DNA of 50,064 nucleotides from a virus (lineage: Duplodnaviria; Caudoviricetes): the IMG/VR virus record IMGVR_UViG_3300044217_003764, positions 1 to 50,064 of that record, one strand, 5' to 3'. The notes under the pieces are model-generated. The model was not told where the DNA came from. It ran no database searches and was given only the letters and a program-made list of their open reading frames with translations. Both the position numbers and the translations under genes were made by a program. Within the stretch, counting starts at the first letter, position 1. Every line of letters begins with the position of its first letter. Shown one piece after another: positions 44,905 to 50,064 of the stretch.

Positions 44905-44993
44905 GTCTCTTCAGGCCCAGCGCGATCAATCACCAGGCGACACGGCACGCGCTTAGACATGGGCTGGAGAGGCCCGGCGCGCCGTGTTTCGAC
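44905..44993 (-). ncRNA. Type II hammerhead ribozyme HH7 (5' leader, extended stem III, CUGAAGA core)
   Basis: GUC-GAAA-CACGGC.../...GCCGUG-UC^GCCUGGUG/CGCUGGGC-CUGAAGA-GAC; pseudoknot UGAUC/GAUCA; cleavage 44939/44938. Confidence 0.9.
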
Positions 44994-45048
44994 TTGTCCC
45001 TAACGATGTCAAACAACATGAGCGGGGAAATGAGCCCGTCCCATGCAT

Positions 45049-45093
45049 TCGATAATATCGAACATATCGAGCAATTGCAATCGAAAATATCGA
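45049..45093 (-). promoter_or_regulatory. Promoter of the ribozyme operon overlapped by three operators
   Basis: TTGCAA(45080-45075)-17-TATTAT(45057-45052); TCGA-N5-TCGA at 45049, 45058 and 45081. Confidence 0.75.
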
Positions 45094-45127
45094 ACAAAAC
45101 CCCCAAGCGATAGACAAAACGCCATAG

Positions 45128-45160
45128 ATGCTAGAGACAATGCTAGAGACAACAGAGACA
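45128..45160. repeat. Tandem 12-bp repeat ATGCTAGAGACA x2 plus a partial copy
   Basis: Seen directly upstream of terS. Confidence 0.7.
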
Positions 45161-45196
45161 CAGGCGCGCCAGCGCCGCGCAGCGGGATCATGACCA

Positions 45197-45694
45197 ATGG
45201 CCGGTAAACCCCTTCAACGTGAAGCCAACGCCGCATTGCAGGCTCGTATCGAAGAACTCGAGAAAGAACTAAGCCAAGCCCTGCAACAACTCGCCATTCA
45301 CGCGCCCGGTGTGGTCCTGAATGCCATTCCGCCCGAAATGACAGAGTATTCAGCCGACTTGCCCGATAAGGTCGTGGCATTGGGGTCGCTCGGCATGACA
45401 CAGGCCATGATGATCGCTCAATTGGGTATTTCACGGGATACGTGGGATGAGTGGAAGGATACCTTCCCTGCACTCAAAGCCGCCGCCACTCGCGCGCGCA
45501 CGTTGGCACTGGCCAAGATGGATGAGTTACAGCAGCAGGCCGTGCATCGCAAAGACAACAAGTTCCCACACCAGGCCGCGAACGAATTCAGGAAAACCCT
45601 GCAGAATGAGGGGCTTAGTGAGGGTGGCGCTGGTGATGCGTCTAAGCTGGTGCGCGTTGTTAATGGTCTGACTGCTGATAAGGTATCAGGCTAA
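45197..45694 (+). CDS. Terminase small subunit (probable)
   Basis: EYSADL...LGISRDTWDEWKDTFPALKAA HTH typical of TerS; upstream of terL. Confidence 0.7.
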   Translation: MAGKPLQREANAALQARIEELEKELSQALQQLAIHAPGVVLNAIPPEMTEYSADLPDKVVALGSLGMTQAMMIAQLGISRDTWDEWKDTFPALKAAATRARTLALAKMDELQQQAVHRKDNKFPHQAANEFRKTLQNEGLSEGGAGDASKLVRVVNGLTADKVSG

Positions 45695-45946
45695 CCGGTC
45701 ATGCTCAAACTGTAGTATCTATTGGGGATTGCGCCGCGCGTTCTGACTGCTGGCATAGAGTCAGAATGCAAATCGAGGGGGTGGGGGGGTCTCTTCAAAA
45801 AGCCGGGGCGGGGGGCAAAATCGCGCCGCTCCCGTGTCCGATGGGTATCCGTCCCCCAACTTTTGCTGACCCTCAAGACGTTTCAGTGCGTAGGCTCGGG
45901 GCGGTCGTTCCCTCATCCTCTTGTCCACACAACGAGGATCTGGGCT

Positions 45947-46216
45947 ATGGACATTTCGCTTTCGGCAACGGGTAGCAGCGACTGGACGTCAGACGTGAAG
46001 AAGTCTCTGGTGCGGTTCTGGGGCACATGGGTTGGCACGGCGGCGATCGAGTGTCGTGAGGTTGGCGACACGACTGAGATCAGTCAGGTGGCGGAGATTG
46101 CGGACACGGATGCTTCGCACCTCTTCGAGTTGCCGCATGTGCCCGGGATTGATCTGGAATGGCGTGTGACCTTCACCAGGACGAGCGGTCAGCTTGAGGG
46201 CCGGATAGGCGGGTAG
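45947..46216 (+). CDS. Hypothetical protein
   Basis: GAGG SD then MDISLSATG. Confidence 0.65.
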   Translation: MDISLSATGSSDWTSDVKKSLVRFWGTWVGTAAIECREVGDTTEISQVAEIADTDASHLFELPHVPGIDLEWRVTFTRTSGQLEGRIGG

Positions 46217-46444
46217 GGGGCTGTCCCGTGGCGTGTGCTGAATTGGGGCTACGCGACGGCATGGGTGACGTCTCAGATACCGCTGGTATGATTTTTCGAT
46301 CCAAGGCTTGATACCGGGTAATATCGATGCTACCGATGGTTCATACCCGAGAGGCCAAATTGGCCGTGAAAAAGACCGCAAGGTCGGGGGAGGGAGTTTG
46401 GCATCGCGCATGAGCGTTGGAATTCCTTCCCTTTTTCGGGGTGG

Positions 46445-46519
46445 TGTGGGGTGGCGCAGAGGTAGCGCGTCGGTCTCATAATCCGAAGGTCGGAGGTTCG
46501 AATCCTCTCCCTGCACCCA
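46445..46519 (+). tRNA. tRNA with CAU anticodon (fMet-like sequence, atypical identity elements)
   Basis: Cloverleaf: TGTGGGG/CCCTGCA, D stem GCGC, loop CTCATAA, GGAGG-TTCGAAT-CCTCT, encoded CCA. Confidence 0.85.
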
Positions 46520-46604
46520 ATTTTCTTCTTGACGTATCGAAAATATCGGATCAATGTCGATATTGAGGTTGCGACCCCCCTCAGAAGCCTCAACACCCCC
46601 ACTG

Positions 46605-46640
46605 TGACCCCGGACGTTTTCGCGTCTGGGGTTATTTTTT
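46605..46640 (+). terminator. Intrinsic terminator
   Basis: GACCCCGGACG-loop-CGTCTGGGGTT followed by ATTTTTT. Confidence 0.7.
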
Positions 46641-46696
46641 GGGTTGCGCTTCCTGCAAATATCGACATTATCGAAATCCGAAAGGGAGACACGATC

Positions 46697-47332
46697 ATGG
46701 ATGATGGAACATTGCCGGAGGATGCGTTCGTGGCAGGGACGGGGCCGGCGCGGCAAGCGGTCGAAACCCAAGCCACAGTCAACGAGGATACTGCGGCGCG
46801 GTTGGGCGAACAGTTCGATGAGGACTTCCCCGAAGTCGGCGAGGAAATGCCGGCTGACGGTCAGGATGAGATCTCTGTCCAGATCGAGGGGCGCCAAGCC
46901 TATGTGAACATTCGTCAGCCGGGCGAAGAGGCGGTGCAGGTCACGTTCTTCTGTGGACTGAACCCGATGCGATCGACGGCCTTTGCATACGCTTACGCGG
47001 CGATGTTGCGAAATCCGGACCTGTCGCGCGTGCTGGAGATGCTGGACGCGCATATGGAAGGCGTAATCCATCCGGGAATGATCCTCGGCTCGGAAGACGA
47101 AACCGCACTTCACCGCGTTCTGGGCGATCCGGAGCGCAATGAGGATCGTGTCTATTCGTCGTTCTTGGCCGGTGAGCCGAAGCCGTTCGGTGAAGATCCG
47201 ATCGATAAGGTCCGGACCCAGGCGATGGCCGACGCAATGCTCTGGGCGCAATCGCAACAAAACGTAAAGCCCGAAGAGATCGTTGCAGCGGCCCGCGAGT
47301 TCACGGCCTTCTATCAGTACGGAGATCAGTGA
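46697..47332 (+). CDS. Hypothetical acidic protein
   Basis: GGGAG SD then ATG 46697; operator at 46662 just upstream. Confidence 0.7.
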   Translation: MDDGTLPEDAFVAGTGPARQAVETQATVNEDTAARLGEQFDEDFPEVGEEMPADGQDEISVQIEGRQAYVNIRQPGEEAVQVTFFCGLNPMRSTAFAYAYAAMLRNPDLSRVLEMLDAHMEGVIHPGMILGSEDETALHRVLGDPERNEDRVYSSFLAGEPKPFGEDPIDKVRTQAMADAMLWAQSQQNVKPEEIVAAAREFTAFYQYGDQ

Positions 47333-47574
47333 TGAAGAAGGTACTGATGCATGGAATGTCGCTAAGCGCACTGGTTGCGGGCCTCGCCGCGATGAAGCCG
47401 TCACCGGACCCGAAGCCAGCGCCAGCCAAAAAGCTGCCAGAGGGAACACGCTCCCATCGGGGTGATCCGTTTCTGATTGGGATAGAGCCGGACGAAAGCC
47501 ATGCTGACAGGATGATCCGGAAGAAGAAGCAGCGCATCCTGCGCCGCCACATTCACCTGAACGGCAATGCCTGA
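47329..47574 (+). CDS. Hypothetical protein
   Basis: GGAG SD; coupled ORF. Confidence 0.55.
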   Translation: MMKKVLMHGMSLSALVAGLAAMKPSPDPKPAPAKKLPEGTRSHRGDPFLIGIEPDESHADRMIRKKKQRILRRHIHLNGNA

Positions 47575-47893
47575 TCACGCCATGTCTTCGGCCTCACCCT
47601 GCGCGTACATCACCCTGCACGCGGCCCACCGTTTCAAGGAAGCCCGGTATGGCACCCCGCCTTGCGACAAACTCCCCCTGCACGAGGTGGACGAGCTTCA
47701 GGAAGAAATGATGTCTGAGGCGCTTCTGGCCAAGATCCGGGCCGGTGCGGCGCGCCACCGGGCCTTCGGGTGCATATTCGTCATCCAGAACGGCGTGGTC
47801 GTGACGGTGATAGGTGGAAAGCGCCGCCTCAACCCCAAGACCCGCCGGCCAGTTGACCGCCCCGGCAGGAGAAAACCTCGGAGAAATGGGTGA
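47567..47893 (+). CDS. Hypothetical protein
   Basis: ITLHAAHRF...VIQNGVVVTV pattern; coupled to terL. Confidence 0.55.
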   Translation: MPDHAMSSASPCAYITLHAAHRFKEARYGTPPCDKLPLHEVDELQEEMMSEALLAKIRAGAARHRAFGCIFVIQNGVVVTVIGGKRRLNPKTRRPVDRPGRRKPRRNG

Positions 47894-49451
47894 CGTAATT
47901 TCCTTCGAGTATGCGCCGGTCCTGGACGCGGCTTCTCTCTCGAAGGCGTCATGCCGAATTGTCGAAGGCCCGGTCAATAGCGGAAAATCCGTCTGGTCCG
48001 CCTCCGAAGTTTACAAGAAAATGTGCACGATCCCGCGCGGCAAGGATGGCCTGCGGCACTCCAAGTTCATCGTCGTGCGCGACACCTATCCGAACCTGAA
48101 GGGCTCCACGATCAAGACCTGGGTGCAATGGTTCCCCGAAGAAGTCTACGGCAAGATGACCGGCAGCGAGCCGGTGATCCACACGATCGAGTTTCTGGAC
48201 GTGCGCTGCATCGTGGAATTCCGCGCGTTCGACTTCAACAACCCGGAAAAGGCGATCAAGGATCTCAAGTCGACCGAGTGGACCGGCGCATGGGGCAACG
48301 AGATCCAGTTCATGCCGCTCTCGATCGCCAAGGAGCTCTACTCGCGTACCGGCCGCTATCCGGCCAAGAAGGATTGTCCGGCCTACAACCGAGAAAAGTG
48401 GATGGTGGGCGACATGAACGCGCCGGCCACCCATCAGTATTGGGGCTACTACATGCGGGGCAAGACCCCGATCCCGCTGGACTGGACCGACGAGCAGAAG
48501 TTCGAAATGCAATGCCCGGATGATTGGGAGTTCTTCGAACAGCCGGCTGCGGTGATCGAGATCCGCGACGATGCGAACCGCTTTGTCGAGTTCCAGGTCA
48601 ATCCCGAAGCAGAGAACCTTCCACACATTGGCGAGAAAGGTGTCCGCCAGGAACTGTCCGGCCGGACCTATAACGATGTGCGGCGGGATCTGATGAACAA
48701 GGTCGTGCCGATGCGCAAAGGTTTCCCCCGATATACGCAATTCCTGCGCGGCGTTCATGTGGTGGACCGGATCGAGGCGTTCGACCACCTGCCGATGATC
48801 GCCGGCTATGACCCGGGCGTTCATGGCTGCATCCATCTGCTGCAGCAATGGGAAGACCGCTGGCAGGCCCTCTACACGATCCAGTCGAACGGGCTGGGGG
48901 TGTCCAACCTTGCTGACAAGGTGCTGGCCATCCTCAATTCCCGGTTCGCGTTCTGGAAGGAAACCGGATTTGTCGGCTGGGGCGATCCCTACGGCCAGAC
49001 CCGATTCGGTGCCCAAGGTGGCGAAGGCATGGTACGCCAGGAAGATACCGCGTTCGACATCATGGGCGCGAAGGGGCTGAAATTCCGGACGCCCGGCGGC
49101 AAGGATGATCCATCCCTGCGCCGTGAGGCGACAATCAGCCTGCTGAAAGGCCGAACCGACACCGGCGCACCGCGGCTGATCGTGGACAAGCAGAATTGTG
49201 GACCGCTGATCATGGCGCTCGATGGCGGCTGCACCATGAAATCCCAGAAAACCCCGGACGGGATGCGCGTCGAAGAGGTCGTGGACAAGAAAAATTCGCT
49301 CGCCGACGTCATGGAAGCTGCCGAGTACGCATTCCTGGGTGGCGGCGAGGGCGAGGGAATCGTCCGGCCGAAGAACCAGACCAAACCGAAACCGAAGTCC
49401 TACACAGGGAACAGCACTGTCTGGCGTTCCCGCAGCAAAAGGAGAGCGTAA
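47886..49451 (+). CDS. terL: Terminase large subunit
   Basis: Walker A GPVNSGKS, VVRDTYPNLK, Walker B GAWGNE, nuclease GYDPG and WGDP. Confidence 0.92.
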   Translation: MGDVISFEYAPVLDAASLSKASCRIVEGPVNSGKSVWSASEVYKKMCTIPRGKDGLRHSKFIVVRDTYPNLKGSTIKTWVQWFPEEVYGKMTGSEPVIHTIEFLDVRCIVEFRAFDFNNPEKAIKDLKSTEWTGAWGNEIQFMPLSIAKELYSRTGRYPAKKDCPAYNREKWMVGDMNAPATHQYWGYYMRGKTPIPLDWTDEQKFEMQCPDDWEFFEQPAAVIEIRDDANRFVEFQVNPEAENLPHIGEKGVRQELSGRTYNDVRRDLMNKVVPMRKGFPRYTQFLRGVHVVDRIEAFDHLPMIAGYDPGVHGCIHLLQQWEDRWQALYTIQSNGLGVSNLADKVLAILNSRFAFWKETGFVGWGDPYGQTRFGAQGGEGMVRQEDTAFDIMGAKGLKFRTPGGKDDPSLRREATISLLKGRTDTGAPRLIVDKQNCGPLIMALDGGCTMKSQKTPDGMRVEEVVDKKNSLADVMEAAEYAFLGGGEGEGIVRPKNQTKPKPKSYTGNSTVWRSRSKRRA

Positions 49452-49726
49452 TGGCTCGCTATCGCAAGAAACCCGTTGTCATCGAGGCCGTCCCGGCCGC
49501 TGACGTCATCGCACAGTCCGGCAAGCGTCAGAAGGATCTGCCAAATTGGGCGGTCGAGGCCATCGAGGCAGAGAAGATATTCTCGATCACGCCTCATGGG
49601 CTGATGATCAGCACGCTCGAGGGCGACCATTTTGCCAACTCGGACGATATGATCCTGCAGGGCGTCAATGGGGAGATCTACCCCTGCAAGCCAGACATCT
49701 TCGAGAAGACATACGAGGCCGTCTGA
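49451..49726 (+). CDS. Conserved small phage protein
   Basis: MARYRKKPVVIEA...TLEG...GVNGEIYPCKPDIFEKTYE. Confidence 0.8.
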   Translation: MARYRKKPVVIEAVPAADVIAQSGKRQKDLPNWAVEAIEAEKIFSITPHGLMISTLEGDHFANSDDMILQGVNGEIYPCKPDIFEKTYEAV

Positions 49727-50061
49727 TGGATTATGCGACCGATAGCACTCCGTTCCGGCCGACCATCTGGTATGTGGCGTTTGTCGGTCGCAAGCGCCAG
49801 GCGTGGTTTGATGTCCTGTCTCCGAATTGGGCGCGTCACGTCATGGCGTTCGGCTACATTCAGGCCAGCGACCACTGGCTCATCGTCAACCCGGTCTTGC
49901 ACCTGCATGAAATCAACGCGGTTCCGGACGAGTATATCCGTCCGATCCTCACAGAGCTCTACATGCATGACGTCAAAATCCTCAAAATCCGGCAGCAGCC
50001 GGGCTCGCCCTACTCGGCACGACTTGGCAACTGGTGCACCCAGACCATCGCCCGGACGGTC
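49726..50061 (+). CDS. 5' part of the junction-spanning gene (continues to position 282)
   Basis: TGATG coupling; open frame MDYATDSTPFRPTIWYVAF... Confidence 0.75.
49936..50061. repeat. Terminal direct repeat, right copy
   Basis: Identical to 1-126. Confidence 0.95.
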
Positions 50062-50064
50062 TCT

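Noticed and set aside
44727-44960. ORF-track call 44727..44960 as the first operon gene
   Set aside because: It starts inside HH7 with no SD; frame 44878..44708 has the shared RBS and ends at the HH6 TAG.
42300-45000. Repeats with unique intervening sequence read as a CRISPR array or DNA-level attC/REP repeats
   Set aside because: Intervening segments are 170-740-nt ORFs with RBSs; the repeats conserve the hammerhead core and covary as RNA on one strand; no cas or integron integrase gene is present.
45989-47578. 529-aa minus-strand ORF and other long antisense ORFs (8795..10342, 10623..11831, 3312..4433, 47949..49016)
   Set aside because: Shadow frames of high-GC genes, one crossing the tRNA; no SD or recognisable motifs.

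Overview
The window is an essentially complete, circularly permuted ~49.9-kb genome of a temperate podovirus (positions 1-126 recur exactly at 49936-50061). Its BPP-1/T7-type virion module runs portal, scaffold, capsid, cement, tail tubes A/B, ejection proteins, a 2,100-aa polyvalent protein and a tailspike. It also encodes a GH108 endolysin, a tyrosine integrase with an attP holding the 5' half of tRNA-Thr(UGU), RecE/RecT, a cI/cro switch, two DNA methyltransferases, RusA, DnaB, an initiator, terminase subunits and a tRNA(CAU). CtrA-like and GapR-like genes suggest an alphaproteobacterial host. The standout feature is a minus-strand operon of nine small genes (41127-45093) behind an operator-overlapped promoter. 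Seven consecutive leader/intergenic spacers each hold a complete type II hammerhead ribozyme, with an intact core, a GUC cleavage triplet and covarying stems and pseudoknot. Six of the seven start at the upstream gene's stop codon, and all are followed by a shared CAAUGGAG ribosome-binding site. The last two spacers carry a different covarying RNA motif. The invariant stem II means each excised one-gene RNA could refold into a ligation-competent hammerhead, giving circular mRNAs. A separate promoter-terminator unit (~17000-17085) encodes a small RNA complementary to the shared RBS, which cI also uses. All protein calls come from motif recognition and synteny by eye; no database searches were run.
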